Positions 11,601 through 20,426 of a stretch of 59,804 nucleotides of DNA are shown piece by piece; the first letter of the stretch is position 1, and each line of letters begins with the position of its first letter. Position numbers and translations under genes: made by a program. The notes beneath the pieces were generated by a model that had not been told where the DNA came from, did not search any database, and saw only the letters and a list, made by a program, of their open reading frames with translations. Source of the stretch: an uncultured Lachnospiraceae bacterium (GTDB lineage: Bacteria; Bacillota; Clostridia; Lachnospirales; Lachnospiraceae); contig CARBNS010000014.1 of assembly GCA_948946835.1 (NCBI GenBank), positions 1-59,804 on the forward strand. The letters run 5' to 3'.

Positions 11601-11841
11601 TACGGCAAAAAAAGAAGTGGAAGACTATTCCGTATTACAGGCTCTAACAGAACTCATACGGCAGAGTATGCTGGAAATGGACATTGACCGCGCAGATGAG
11701 CTGATGGGCGAATTGCGGGAGTATGAATGCCCGGAAGAACTAAGCCAGACAATCCGCTCACTTGCCGAAGCAGTGACAAATCTTGACGCAGACGAAGCAG
11801 ACCGCCTTGCAGATCTGCTCATCGGGCAGATGCAAAAGTAA
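8653..11841 (+). CDS. Hybrid sensor histidine kinase of the 7TMR-DISM type: N-terminal extracellular beta-rich domain, 7 TM helices, HisKA, HATPase_c, REC and a C-terminal Hpt domain.
   Basis: Signal/TM, then an extracellular domain of about 180 aa, then 7 hydrophobic helices (residues ~190-400). H-box AHMSHEIRTPINAVLGM; EDTGIGI / GTGLGI; REC KILVVDDNAVN...LDHMMPEMDG. The C-terminal segment ILVHAMKSLAATIG is Hpt-like. RBS aaggcggag precedes the ATG. Confidence 0.85.
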   Translation: MKHLHLRKIAGISVFLTLAFMVLALFQFQSEDSATILPDQLEVSFDKNWKMALPDCDGINPAIPTRFAQILEQAKTTLADENCQKVDLPFTGMAGAGDIIVLQNTVPFDYARQTLSFSYTNADISIIVNGEVIFQNSQQENYTPKKTPEHNENFVELPNILIDGEILITLTPLSPNMAVSLDNVKVESRDMVVIGVVGSSIADIGCCILIVIMSIILFVLALIRLYTKQPARGELFLGLACLSAGIYCFIGTDTLNIFYNIQEAYEMQEYLTLLIPLFLSLYFERNLHTVFPRRFFTLLWFVVLHTVIQILLQLLGIQRLENMMNISAAVLGIVCITAIVSLIQYDYKNKTYQALLCILSMLALLAGGIANVILNQMLDQVRGNTAGQYSMVVFCIMMALMHTLQISKEYRAKAEETALLLEEKVKAAEYQNTLLALAKQDADAARHEALAANEAKGKFLAHMSHEIRTPINAVLGMDEMILRESNEPQIKEYAMDIYMAGQTLLSLINDILDFSKIESGKMEIVPVEYDVSSLIHDLANMTIQRAKAKNIKVEVEASHEIPARLFGDDVRIRQVLTNILTNAVKYTHEGSVWLRISYQRKKDTAALTFEVEDTGIGIKKEDLPKLSAEFERIEEDRNRNIEGTGLGINITIQLLELLGSRLQVESEYGKGSKFYFELEQKIVDDTPIGDFESRVHQIAENYNYNTKFCAPDAKILVVDDNAVNRKVLRSLLKETQIQVTDADGGAACLELAFQNHYDLIFLDHMMPEMDGIETLHHLKERKESPCKNTPIVVLTANAVSGAKEKYLAEGFDDFLSKPIAPEKLEVMIKRMLPEELVQEAKSSPDAAFLQPRQQDNPSDFLETLPDIDGLDWQYAWMHLPDPELLAFTVKEFYGQIDFAADNLAKAYQRIREPEQRNQYRILVHAMKSLAATIGIMPLSGVAKLLESAARDGKIEVIQSMTDAFLEEWRSYGQKLHGVFGIGATAKKEVEDYSVLQALTELIRQSMLEMDIDRADELMGELREYECPEELSQTIRSLAEAVTNLDADEADRLADLLIGQMQK

Positions 11842-11862
11842 CAGGCTATAAAGGAGGACGCC

Positions 11863-12639
11863 ATGAAAAAAATCTTATTAATCGGAAAATTAAACAATGT
11901 GGTCAATGAAACCAATCAATTTTTATCAAAATATTTCCATGTGCAAATTTGTTCTGAAAATGCCGGCGTTTTGGAAGGAATGTTAAAAATTGTAAATCCT
12001 GATCTCGTATTAATCAGCCTGATTGGCGCATATGATATTGACACGTCTATCTTTTTCTTACTAAGCAACGAATATTCGGATACTCCGGTCCTGACGATTG
12101 GGACAAAAGAAGAAAGCAAAACGTTCTTCAAATACTATGAAGGAAATCAGTTTGAAAATCTGATCCGTCCGGTAGAACATTCCGTAATTATGGAAGCCGT
12201 ATGCAGAAAACTGCATATGAATGAAAAAGACGCGCAAGAGGAAGCCGCCAAAGAACGGACAGAGGTTTCCAGCAAAAAAAGAATTTTAGTCGTTGACGAC
12301 AACGGCGCGCAGCTTCGGACGATGAAAAAAATGTTAGAAGAATATTATGAAGTCGCTCTGGCAATTTCAGGCGCGCAGGCGATGACTTCCATTGGGAAGA
12401 AGCGGCCGGATCTAATTTTGCTGGATTATGAAATGCCTGTCTGTGATGGAAAAATGACCTTGGAAATGATTCGGGCAGACGAGGATTTACAAAGCATTCC
12501 CGTTGTTTTCCTGACCTCCATCAATGACCGGGCAAATATAGAAGCCGTTTTAAAACTAAAACCGGCAGGTTATTTTTTAAAACCACCGGTAAAAGACCGG
12601 CTGTTAGGGGAACTAGAAAAGATCTTAAATCCAGATTAA
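11863..12639 (+). CDS. Stand-alone response regulator with no output domain: an N-terminal degenerate receiver-like fold plus a C-terminal canonical REC.
   Basis: C-terminal RILVVDDNGAQLRTMKKML...DLILLDYEMPVCDG...SIPVVFLTS...KP matches REC. The N-terminal half (KILLIGKLNNVV...DLVLISLIG) lacks the phospho-acceptor context. RBS aaaggagg is present; the gene is 21 nt downstream of the 7TMR-DISM HK. Confidence 0.75.
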   Translation: MKKILLIGKLNNVVNETNQFLSKYFHVQICSENAGVLEGMLKIVNPDLVLISLIGAYDIDTSIFFLLSNEYSDTPVLTIGTKEESKTFFKYYEGNQFENLIRPVEHSVIMEAVCRKLHMNEKDAQEEAAKERTEVSSKKRILVVDDNGAQLRTMKKMLEEYYEVALAISGAQAMTSIGKKRPDLILLDYEMPVCDGKMTLEMIRADEDLQSIPVVFLTSINDRANIEAVLKLKPAGYFLKPPVKDRLLGELEKILNPD

Positions 12640-12652
12640 AGTTACGCAGCAT

Positions 12653-12690
12653 TATAAAACCGCGGGTTGCGCATACCTGCGGTTTTGCTT
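12653..12690. terminator. Bidirectional rho-independent terminator between the convergent receiver gene and the GPH transporter gene.
   Basis: aaaaccgcggg-ttgcgcata-cctgcggtttt hairpin flanked by A and T runs. Confidence 0.5.
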
Positions 12691-12773
12691 AATGCAGATA
12701 GCTTGCCCCTTTTATCCACTTATTTGCCAAAAGGCGATATCCATTATGATCTGGCGCTTGGGATCGAGTGAAC

Positions 12774-14168
12774 TTAAGCCCGCCTTCTTTGCAATTCTTT
12801 CGTATTTTCTTCCACACGCTTTTTTGACAGCGGATACAAAACGAGAAATACAAGAGCCACAGCCGTATAAATCACTGCCGGAAACAAAGTGGAAAGGCTG
12901 TAAATTCCCCAACGCACAGGATCTGTCTGCGCGGCGGCTAAAGAATCATATCCAATCGCAGACAGCGCAAATCCGCCCAAGCCGCCTGCCAGCGCCTGTC
13001 CGACTTTTCTTGCAAACGAATATACGCCGTAGATCGTTCCATCGTCTCTTTGCATTGTCTGCACTTCCTGATCGTCAATCACGTCCGTTATCATCGCCCA
13101 GATCGTCATGTTAAACAAATACATTCCACCCACGCCCGCAATAAAACTTAAAACAATATAGGCCCATACATTCGTCAGTTTTAAAAAGTAAACTAAAAAA
13201 AAGATCGCCGCAGCCACAATACAGCCTGCCGCCGTTAATTCTTTTCTCCCAAAACGCTCGACAAGTTTTCCTGAGACAACCGCCAGAATCAAAGCCGCCG
13301 GAAGCCCTAAAAAATTATTGACAGAGAGCGCTTTCGTGTTTTTAAAATAATCCGCAAATAAAAATGTGCTAATGGATTGGCTCATAATTGTTGCGCAAAG
13401 CGTCAGAATTGAAATTAAAATTACGGCAAGTAATGCGCGGTTAGAAAAAACCTGCAATAACGTTTTTGCCACAGAAGTCCGCGCCGCTTTCGCCGCTTTT
13501 TTTCCAACCGACACGCGTTCCGTCACAAGGAAATAACAAAGCAAATAACATAAAACTGCCAAAACGGAAAATATACCGGATACAAGCGTAAACATTTCTC
13601 CAACGACAACTTGGTTCCCTTTGCTGTCTAAACGGTAAATAAACAAAGGCGCAATCACGCTAATCGCCACGGCGGCAAAGGTCGAACCCAAGGATCGGTA
13701 GACAGAAAGCGACTGCCTGTCTTTGGATTTTTCCGAAATAACGGATGCCATGGAACCATAAGGTATATTAATCGAGGTATAAAAAACCGAACCCCAAAGC
13801 AGATAAGTGACAAACATATAAGTCACTTTTACGCCCATGGATGCATCCGCCAACGAACTTTGATACATCAGAAAACTTGAAATCGCAACCGGACCGCACA
13901 TACGCAGAATCCAGACTTTAAACCTGCCTTTTGGATTTTCACCAGATGCATCTGCAATACGCCCCATGCCGATATCCGTGAATGCGTCGACACACCTTGC
14001 CACTAAAAACAACACGCCGACCATAGATGCTTCTATGCCTAATACTTTTGTATAAAAAACCATTAAAAACGTACTTGCAAAAATGAATGTAAAATCATTT
14101 CCAAAATCCCCAAACATATATCCGAGTTTATCCCGAAAACCAAACGGTCTTTTATCTGTGTTCTCCAT
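12774..14168 (-). CDS. MFS transporter of the glycoside-pentoside-hexuronide (GPH):cation symporter family.
   Basis: 12 hydrophobic helices. The N-terminus MENTDKRPFGFRDKLGYMFGDFGNDF is the typical GPH start. The internal ATG at 14168 follows GGAGG with 9-nt spacing and is preferred over the track start at 14186. Confidence 0.75.
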   Translation of the reverse strand: MENTDKRPFGFRDKLGYMFGDFGNDFTFIFASTFLMVFYTKVLGIEASMVGVLFLVARCVDAFTDIGMGRIADASGENPKGRFKVWILRMCGPVAISSFLMYQSSLADASMGVKVTYMFVTYLLWGSVFYTSINIPYGSMASVISEKSKDRQSLSVYRSLGSTFAAVAISVIAPLFIYRLDSKGNQVVVGEMFTLVSGIFSVLAVLCYLLCYFLVTERVSVGKKAAKAARTSVAKTLLQVFSNRALLAVILISILTLCATIMSQSISTFLFADYFKNTKALSVNNFLGLPAALILAVVSGKLVERFGRKELTAAGCIVAAAIFFLVYFLKLTNVWAYIVLSFIAGVGGMYLFNMTIWAMITDVIDDQEVQTMQRDDGTIYGVYSFARKVGQALAGGLGGFALSAIGYDSLAAAQTDPVRWGIYSLSTLFPAVIYTAVALVFLVLYPLSKKRVEENTKELQRRRA

Positions 14169-14231
14169 CACGAAAAGCCTCCACATTTAAAATAATGATT
14201 ACGGCTTTATCGTGCCCTTTTCCCTTTAAAA

Positions 14232-15584
14232 TTATGTAATTTTTTTACTTTCCTGTTTAAAAAACAGCAAAAGAACAGGTATTGTAAGCGCCCCTGCAAT
14301 CAGGTATGCGCACGGCTGCGCCATTTGGATTCCGGCAATTCCAAATAAGTTTGGCAATATCAGCATACATGGAATAGAAATGCATCCGCTTTGCAGCGCC
14401 GCAATGAAAAATGATCGTCCTTTTTTGCCTATGCTCTGAAACAGCATACTGCCGACTGCGGAAATCGGAAGAAAATACAGAGTGCGGCACATCCAATGAA
14501 ATGCATCGGCGCCAGCCTTAACCACACTTTCTTCTTCCCGAAACAGTCGTATGATTTCCACCGCAAATAAATCACAGACGGCGCAAAGCGCGCCCATAAC
14601 GCCCATTCCAAACAAGATGGTAAATAACGCCGATTTTTTCACCCTGTCATGTTTGCCCGCCCCATAATTAAACGCGCAAATCGGCTGGAAGCCCTGCGCA
14701 ATCCCAAGCGCAAAACTAAACAATAGGTTGCCGCACCTGCCTACAATGCTCATTGCGGCAACCGCGGCGTCGCCAAACATTGCCGCCTGTAAATTAAGAA
14801 CTGCTGTGGACACACTGTTTAAGCCCTGTCTTGCAAGGCTTGGAAGTCCGGTAAGGATTATGTTTTGAATATCCTCACGCTCTTTTGACATAAAACGGAA
14901 CCGAATCTCCGTTACTGTTTTTTTCCGGATAAATGGAAGAAACAGGATTGCCGTGCTCAGATATTGCGAAACTGCCGTCGATAATCCTGCTCCGGCAATT
15001 CCCATCTGGCATTGGAAAATCAACACCGGATCTAAAAGCATATTTAAAATCCCGCCTGCGCAAAGTCCCGCCATTGCATATGCGGCTTCCCCTTCATATC
15101 GTAAAATGTTATTCAAAGCGCATCCAACCGTCAATGCAGGAGCAGATATTAAAATAAATATCCCATACATTTTTGCGTCCGAAAGTATGGTGTCCGTACT
15201 GCCAAGCATACGCATAAGCGCATCCGGAAACAACAGACCCAATACGCCAATCAGTAAGCCGGCGGCAAAAGACAAAAATACGCTTGTGGATGTAAACACT
15301 TTCGCGCGTTCGATTTTTTTCGCGCCAAGCAGACGGCTGATATTGCTCCCCGCCCCATGGCCAAACATAAATCCAAACGCCTGTAACACAGCCATTAACG
15401 CAAAGACAATTCCCGTCGCCCCACTGGCAGAAACGCTGATTTTACTGACATAAAATGTATCTGCCATATTATAGATATTTGTAATTAGCATACTTACCGT
15501 TGTCGGCAGGCCAAACCGCAGCGCAAGCTTCCAAATAGGCGTTTCCGTCATTTTTTGATATTGCCTGCTCTCTGTTTCTTCCAT
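14232..15584 (-). CDS. MATE family efflux transporter.
   Basis: 450 aa with 12 TM helices and the MATE N-terminal pattern (TETPIWKLALRFGLPTTVSMLITNIYNMADTFYVSK). Confidence 0.8.
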   Translation of the reverse strand: MEETESRQYQKMTETPIWKLALRFGLPTTVSMLITNIYNMADTFYVSKISVSASGATGIVFALMAVLQAFGFMFGHGAGSNISRLLGAKKIERAKVFTSTSVFLSFAAGLLIGVLGLLFPDALMRMLGSTDTILSDAKMYGIFILISAPALTVGCALNNILRYEGEAAYAMAGLCAGGILNMLLDPVLIFQCQMGIAGAGLSTAVSQYLSTAILFLPFIRKKTVTEIRFRFMSKEREDIQNIILTGLPSLARQGLNSVSTAVLNLQAAMFGDAAVAAMSIVGRCGNLLFSFALGIAQGFQPICAFNYGAGKHDRVKKSALFTILFGMGVMGALCAVCDLFAVEIIRLFREEESVVKAGADAFHWMCRTLYFLPISAVGSMLFQSIGKKGRSFFIAALQSGCISIPCMLILPNLFGIAGIQMAQPCAYLIAGALTIPVLLLFFKQESKKIT

Positions 15585-15649
15585 TTCTTACGCCTTCTTT
15601 CTTTTTTGTCTTAACACATTCGGCGTCTTTCGTACAATATTGCATTAAA

Positions 15650-15904
15650 CTAAATGCGCTGATGCAGATATTTTTCCCTCGTCGCCAATCCGCCACGGAT
15701 ATGGCGCTCCGACTTATTTACATCAAGGACTTTTCTGGCATTTTGGGCTAGAGACGGGTTGATTTGCGGGAGGCGTTCCGTGACGTCTTTATGTACCGTG
15801 CTTTTACTTATCCCAAATTGGTTCGCCGTCTGCCTTACTGTCGCATTGTTCTCAATAATATATTTGGCTATCTCCATAGCTCTTTCCTCAATATAGCTTT
15901 TCAA
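15650..15904 (-). CDS. spoIIID: Stage III sporulation protein D (SpoIIID), a mother-cell transcription factor.
   Basis: LKSYIEERAMEIAKYIIENNATVRQTANQFGISKSTVHKDVTERLPQINPSLAQNARKVLDVNKSERHIRGGLATREKY aligns with B. subtilis SpoIIID (IKERTIKIGKYIVE...GVSKSTVHKDLTERLPEINPDLA...RHLRGGEATK). The probable start is the TTG at 15904 after aggggaa; an alternative is the ATG at 15877. The ORF-track N-terminal extension is unlikely to be real. Confidence 0.8.
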   Translation of the reverse strand: MKSYIEERAMEIAKYIIENNATVRQTANQFGISKSTVHKDVTERLPQINPSLAQNARKVLDVNKSERHIRGGLATREKYLHQRI

Positions 15905-15935
15905 AAAAATTCCCCTGAGATACTTATTTTTACAA

Positions 15936-15960
15936 TGTATGCGGGAACATTCCCTGATAT
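15936..15960 (-). promoter_or_regulatory. Candidate sigma-E-type promoter for spoIIID.
   Basis: On the minus strand, ATATC-14 nt-CATACATT lies about 30 nt upstream of the TTG start (sigE consensus ATATT-14-CATACA-T). Read directly from the sequence. Confidence 0.4.
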
Positions 15961-16176
15961 GTCTTATCCAATATATTTCTAAAAAGAACATTGCCAAACA
16001 GCAAAACAAACGTTCCCTCTCCCCTGATTTTCCTGCTTATAATCCGCTTACATTCAGCAAGAATATTAGACACAAAAGAAATCCTGCTCTATATTAATAA
16101 TCGAGTGTGAGAAGATACTTTCTTTCTGCTTTCACAAGCAAACGTTAGGAATTTGTTCACATGCTTATCCCGCTAA

Positions 16177-16422
16177 TTCAGTGAAATATTTCAACTAACT
16201 TCTCCACAGAGAAAGCGTTTATCTCCAAAAATCTATACTTCCACTGCCGAGGAATATATGGCTGCGTTTGCCTTAGCTTCTGAAGTCCATGAACTTCTTC
16301 AAAATTCCGAAGTCGCGCAGACAAATACTGCATCTGCAAAAGAAAGCGCTGAAGTTTCCAAAGAGCTTTCTGCGCAGGCGCTCAGGCTTAACAGCTTGAT
16401 CAGCCGATTCCGGATTAGTTAA
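16177..16422 (+). pseudogene. Remnant of a methyl-accepting chemotaxis protein: only the extreme C-terminal signalling/terminal segment remains, with no start codon or upstream domains.
   Basis: Translation ...EEYMAAFALASEVHELLQNSEVAQTNTASAKESAEVSKELSAQALRLNSLISRFRIS* parallels the C-terminus of the intact MCP at 17320-19026 ([40 protein letters not shown]). The open frame begins right after a TAA at 16174-16176. Confidence 0.6.
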
Positions 16423-16429
16423 ATTTGAT

Positions 16430-16460
16430 AAAAAAGGGCTGTATTTTACAGCCCTTTTTC
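16430..16460. terminator. Bidirectional rho-independent terminator.
   Basis: aaaaa-agggctgt-atttt-acagccct-ttttc: an 8-bp perfect stem with A/T runs on both sides. Confidence 0.65.
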
Positions 16461-17180
16461 TTATTCCTCTTTCTCCTCAAGATACTGATACCTTACTTCT
16501 GTCTCTTGCCCATATACCGCCTGAAAATAAGTTGTCAGCAAATAATGCGCCGCTTCATCTGATTTTTCTATAATATCGCTTTCCAACGCTTTTTTCTTCT
16601 CTTTCTCCTCTGCCTCAACGATCAATTTCGTATAATCCGATACTTTTACCGGATTAAAAATATTATTTTTCTCATCATAAACTTCTAAAGAATCCTGTAT
16701 TGTATAGTTATCCAGAATCTCCGAATGCGGAACCGTCAGTTCTATCTTTGTCACTTTCCCTTCCGAATCCGTTATTTCCTTAAACGAAACATTTTCCCCA
16801 TTAATTCCGATTTTCATTTTCCCGTCAATCGTTGCAATGAAATTATTTCCGGTCAGCGGGATTTTAAATCCCTTGATTTCATTTTGGTCAGAAAAATGCA
16901 ACATCGTCGTATAATTAATCTCATATGCGCTATATTCTGAAATCTTTTTTACTTCTTCCTGAATCAAATCTACCGCTACCCGCTTACGTTCCATTTCTTC
17001 CAGCTTATTTTGCAATTCCTTGTTCTCATAATCTTTTACTGCGCAGCTTCTTATTGAAAAAACGCAAATTAAAACTAGTACTGCCGCCAGCAATAATTTC
17101 TTCATCTGATCACCTGCACTGCTTTTTTTCTTATCTGTATCTAACTTTATCTTCCTAAACCAATTTTTCAATTTATCCAT
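16461..17180 (-). CDS. Hypothetical membrane-anchored protein (one N-terminal TM, a coiled-coil segment, a beta-rich extracytoplasmic domain, an acidic C-terminus). Possibly DUF4230-like.
   Basis: KKLLLAAVLVLICVFSI is a TM/signal anchor. Both the ATG at 17180 (AGGAG 7 nt upstream) and the ATG at 17105 (AGGTGA upstream) are plausible starts. No recognisable catalytic motif. Confidence 0.5.
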   Translation of the reverse strand: MDKLKNWFRKIKLDTDKKKSSAGDQMKKLLLAAVLVLICVFSIRSCAVKDYENKELQNKLEEMERKRVAVDLIQEEVKKISEYSAYEINYTTMLHFSDQNEIKGFKIPLTGNNFIATIDGKMKIGINGENVSFKEITDSEGKVTKIELTVPHSEILDNYTIQDSLEVYDEKNNIFNPVKVSDYTKLIVEAEEKEKKKALESDIIEKSDEAAHYLLTTYFQAVYGQETEVRYQYLEEKEE

Positions 17181-17220
17181 ATCCCAGCTCCTTACAGCCT
17201 CTCATTTATAAAAGATTCGT

Positions 17221-17263
17221 CAAAAAACGCTGTCCATAGCCAAAAAAGTATGAACAGCGTTTT
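17221..17263 (-). terminator. Candidate terminator downstream of the MCP gene.
   Basis: aacgctgt ... acagcgtt is an 8-bp stem with a 20-nt loop, followed on the minus strand by TTTTTTG. Confidence 0.35.
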
Positions 17264-17319
17264 TCCTTCACTCATTTCTTGAAACAGGAACTCTATGTAC
17301 GCATTGTTTGTTTCATTGG

Positions 17320-19026
17320 TTATTCATCTAAAAAAGTGAACTGGCCTACTAAATCGTCGAGCGTCGTCGCCTGAGCCGATAATTCCTCACTGGTCGCTGA
17401 CGTCTCCTGAGCCGCCGCTGAGTTATTCTGCACAACGTCCGAAATCTGGGAAACGCCCTGCTCAGCCTGGCGCATCGTCTCACTCTGATCTCCGATCATA
17501 ATGCTTAACTGCTTAGAAACGTCTGCAATCTGCTTGATCCCGTCTACAACAATTCCAATCGAGCTAGATGCGCTTTCCACCGCGCGGTTTCCACCCTCAA
17601 TTTCCTGAAGGGAGCCTTCAATCAGCTCTCTTGTATCCACTGCCGCTTTTGCGCTCTGCTCTGCAAGCTGACGGATCTGATCCGCCACAACTGCAAAGCC
17701 GCGGCCTGCCTCGCCTGCTCTTGCCGCTTCAATGGATGCATTCAATGACAGAAGATTGGTCTGGGAAGCGATTGATTCAATTTCCGAAATAATATTTCCG
17801 ATTTTCGTGGACGTGTCGTCAATTTTCTTCATTGCTTCTACAACTGTGTTCATGCCTTCCCGGCTGTTATCCGCTTCTTCTGCGCACTTTTGTGTCTGGG
17901 TATAGGAATCCCCTGCATCTTCCGCGCTTCTTTGCATTGCTTCCGTAATGCTGATAATCGTCGCCTGAAGCTCCTGAACTGCGCCTGCCTGCTCTACTGC
18001 TCCTTCTGCAAGTCCCTGCGCCGACTCTGCTAAATTTCCGGAGCCTGCGGAAACCTGATTAGATGCTTCCCCGATGGAACGGAGCGTAGCCGTCATTTGA
18101 TTTCTTAAATCCCGCATAGCCTGAAGCATCTTTGCAAACTCCCCGGTGTACTGTTCCGGTATTGCAGTCCTGACTGCATAATTCCCTGTCGACATTTCAC
18201 CCAAAAGAAGGCCTAGATCATCAATAATCGCATTCAACTTATCTGACATATCCCTTGCATCCTGAACCATGTCCGCAACTTCATCGTCCGCTTCAACTTC
18301 CGGAAACGGAGATGAAAAATCTCCACCGCCGAGAGCTTTTAAGCGTTGGCCCAGATCAGCCAATGGTTTTGCAATTCCCTTTGCAATTCCCTTGCCCATC
18401 TTTGTTGAAACCAGCATAGCCGACACAATCACTACAATTATAAAAGCCGCTAATACAATAGACAATATACGAAGGGTCGTAGAAAGGCTGTTTCCTTCAT
18501 TTATCTTTACAGTTAACAGCCCTTCTAATTTTTCATAAATACTGTTGTATTTTCCCGCCAACTCATTTAACGCAATGTCCTGAGCCTGTTTACAAAGTTC
18601 CCTGTCTGTCGTCGCTCCAAGCTCTAAAATCTGCGTATCCATCTCCCAATAAGCATCCAATTCCGAAACAATTTCATCATAAGTCGCCCTGCCGTCTTTC
18701 GATACGATCGTGTTTTCTACTTTAGCAAAGTATTCTTCAAACGTTGCTTTCATTTCTTTATGCTGCTCTACTACGTTTTGGATTGCATCCGCGTCGTCAT
18801 AGCCAATCGCTGCGCGCAGTGAAGACCTTGTATCTGCAAATGCAAACAACGCCTGTCCGATATCTCCTTGCGCAAATCCAAAATTCTTTAACGCATAAGA
18901 ATATCTGCTTGCAAGAACCAGCATTGCAATCAGTCCTACGACTGCCGCGATTGCCGAAATCGCTGAAACCATAACAAATGATTTCGTAAGTCTTTTTTCG
19001 ATTCTTTCATTGTTGAATTTTAACAT
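17320..19026 (-). CDS. Methyl-accepting chemotaxis protein: TM1, an ~180-aa helical periplasmic sensor (4HB-like), TM2, HAMP and an MCP signalling domain.
   Basis: Start at [11 protein letters not shown], preceded by aaaggggaagagg. Two TM segments are present. The signalling domain contains [33 protein letters not shown]. Confidence 0.85.
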   Translation of the reverse strand: MLKFNNERIEKRLTKSFVMVSAISAIAAVVGLIAMLVLASRYSYALKNFGFAQGDIGQALFAFADTRSSLRAAIGYDDADAIQNVVEQHKEMKATFEEYFAKVENTIVSKDGRATYDEIVSELDAYWEMDTQILELGATTDRELCKQAQDIALNELAGKYNSIYEKLEGLLTVKINEGNSLSTTLRILSIVLAAFIIVVIVSAMLVSTKMGKGIAKGIAKPLADLGQRLKALGGGDFSSPFPEVEADDEVADMVQDARDMSDKLNAIIDDLGLLLGEMSTGNYAVRTAIPEQYTGEFAKMLQAMRDLRNQMTATLRSIGEASNQVSAGSGNLAESAQGLAEGAVEQAGAVQELQATIISITEAMQRSAEDAGDSYTQTQKCAEEADNSREGMNTVVEAMKKIDDTSTKIGNIISEIESIASQTNLLSLNASIEAARAGEAGRGFAVVADQIRQLAEQSAKAAVDTRELIEGSLQEIEGGNRAVESASSSIGIVVDGIKQIADVSKQLSIMIGDQSETMRQAEQGVSQISDVVQNNSAAAQETSATSEELSAQATTLDDLVGQFTFLDE

Positions 19027-19208
19027 TCCTCTTCCCCTTTCACTTTTTAGAATCCAATCTGATGGCATACCTTTCGCTAATGGAACGCAGTCATTCTATT
19101 ATCTTAAGTTTACCAATAACCTCATTATAATACTTTTATGTAAATTATACAATATTTTTTTATTGCCAATTTTACTATACGTCAATTTAACGAAAAATTT
19201 AATGCAGA

Positions 19209-19241
19209 CAAAAAAGGCAGCGTCCCTTACGAAACACTGCC
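19209..19241 (-). terminator. Rho-independent terminator after the FN3 protein gene.
   Basis: On the minus strand: ggcagtgtttcgtaagggacgctgcc hairpin followed by TTTTTTGTCTG. Confidence 0.5.
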
Positions 19242-19259
19242 TCCTTATTATGCGAAAAA

Positions 19260-20426
19260 CTATTTTAAAGATATTACGGAACTGAACTTACCGTCAATGC
19301 GTTTTCCCTTCGCATTCTTTACATAAGCCCTGACTTTGTAATAGTATACCCCGCCTTTTTTCGGCTTGTTTACTGCCCACTTTGTCGTTTTTCCCTTTTT
19401 GATTGTTTTAAGCAGTTTATAGGTTCCGCCTTTTTTCTTACTCCGGTAAATCTGGTATCCTTTTGCATTCGATACTTTTTTCCATGAAATGGTCGACTTC
19501 TTCGCCTCTGTATTTTTTAAAGTAACTTTCGTTACCTTTTTTGGCGACGTTGTGACCTTTACAGCCGAGCTGTATTTCCCATATGACTTAGAGCCGTCCT
19601 CTTTGTTCTTATACGCCCGAAACTTAAACGTATAAGACGTGGCATACTTAAATTTTTTGGAATATGCCGTAACGGAAGGATTGTTGATTTTTTTCAGTCT
19701 CTTATAAGTTTTTGATTTTGCATTGTATTGGTAAATTTCATAGCCATCTGCATCCGCGACTTTCTTCCATTCAAACACAATGCTGTTTGAACCTTTCACA
19801 GGTGACGCTTTCAGTTTCGGCTTTTTGCCAAAAGCCTCCTCCACAGGCGTCTGATCCGACGGATCACCGGCAGGCGGCTGTTCCGCTGGCGGCTCTGCCG
19901 TCTCATTTTTTACGAAAACGCTTTGCGGGCTGTCCAAAAGAAGTGACATTTCATTCAAACCGCTTGCATCTACATATCTAATTACCGGCTCATTACTGCC
20001 TTCGGTTCCGGATGCAAACTCCACTTTTGCCTGATATTCCTGACTGGAAGGGTGTAGGGATAATTTTCCTGTTTTCACAGATTCATTTCCAGAAAAAATA
20101 TCCTGATCTTCCTTTCCTGAAAGAATTAAATCCACAAGGTAGCTTCCGTCCTCCAACTGCCGGATCTGAGAATCTTTAATCCGGCTGTTCAATGATTCCT
20201 CAAACTGAAATGATGGCTGTTCCATCGTTCCTGAAAGAACCGAAACATGGAGTTTTATACGGAGTGACGTAATCTTATCTGTTTTTCCTTCTGGAAGGTT
20301 TACGGTCAGGATAACGTCATTTTTATCTACTGTAAGCATTTGGCTGTCGCTTGCCGCTGCGGCGTCTAAAGGCGCCGCAACAATAAGAAACATTGTCAAT
20401 AACATACATTTAATCCAATTTTTCAT
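19260..20426 (-). CDS. Secreted protein: signal peptide, an N-terminal beta-sandwich domain of about 170 aa (cohesin-like is only a hypothesis), a Pro/Glu-rich linker, then two very basic FN3-like domains.
   Basis: Start ATG at 20426 with GGAGG 5-6 nt upstream (MKNWIKCMLLTMFLIVAAPLDAAAA is a signal peptide). The C-terminus has two copies of the ...W..V..A.GY.IYR... FN3 signature and is lysine-rich. The start overlaps the upstream gene end by 17 nt, implying an operon. Confidence 0.65.
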   Translation of the reverse strand: MKNWIKCMLLTMFLIVAAPLDAAAASDSQMLTVDKNDVILTVNLPEGKTDKITSLRIKLHVSVLSGTMEQPSFQFEESLNSRIKDSQIRQLEDGSYLVDLILSGKEDQDIFSGNESVKTGKLSLHPSSQEYQAKVEFASGTEGSNEPVIRYVDASGLNEMSLLLDSPQSVFVKNETAEPPAEQPPAGDPSDQTPVEEAFGKKPKLKASPVKGSNSIVFEWKKVADADGYEIYQYNAKSKTYKRLKKINNPSVTAYSKKFKYATSYTFKFRAYKNKEDGSKSYGKYSSAVKVTTSPKKVTKVTLKNTEAKKSTISWKKVSNAKGYQIYRSKKKGGTYKLLKTIKKGKTTKWAVNKPKKGGVYYYKVRAYVKNAKGKRIDGKFSSVISLK

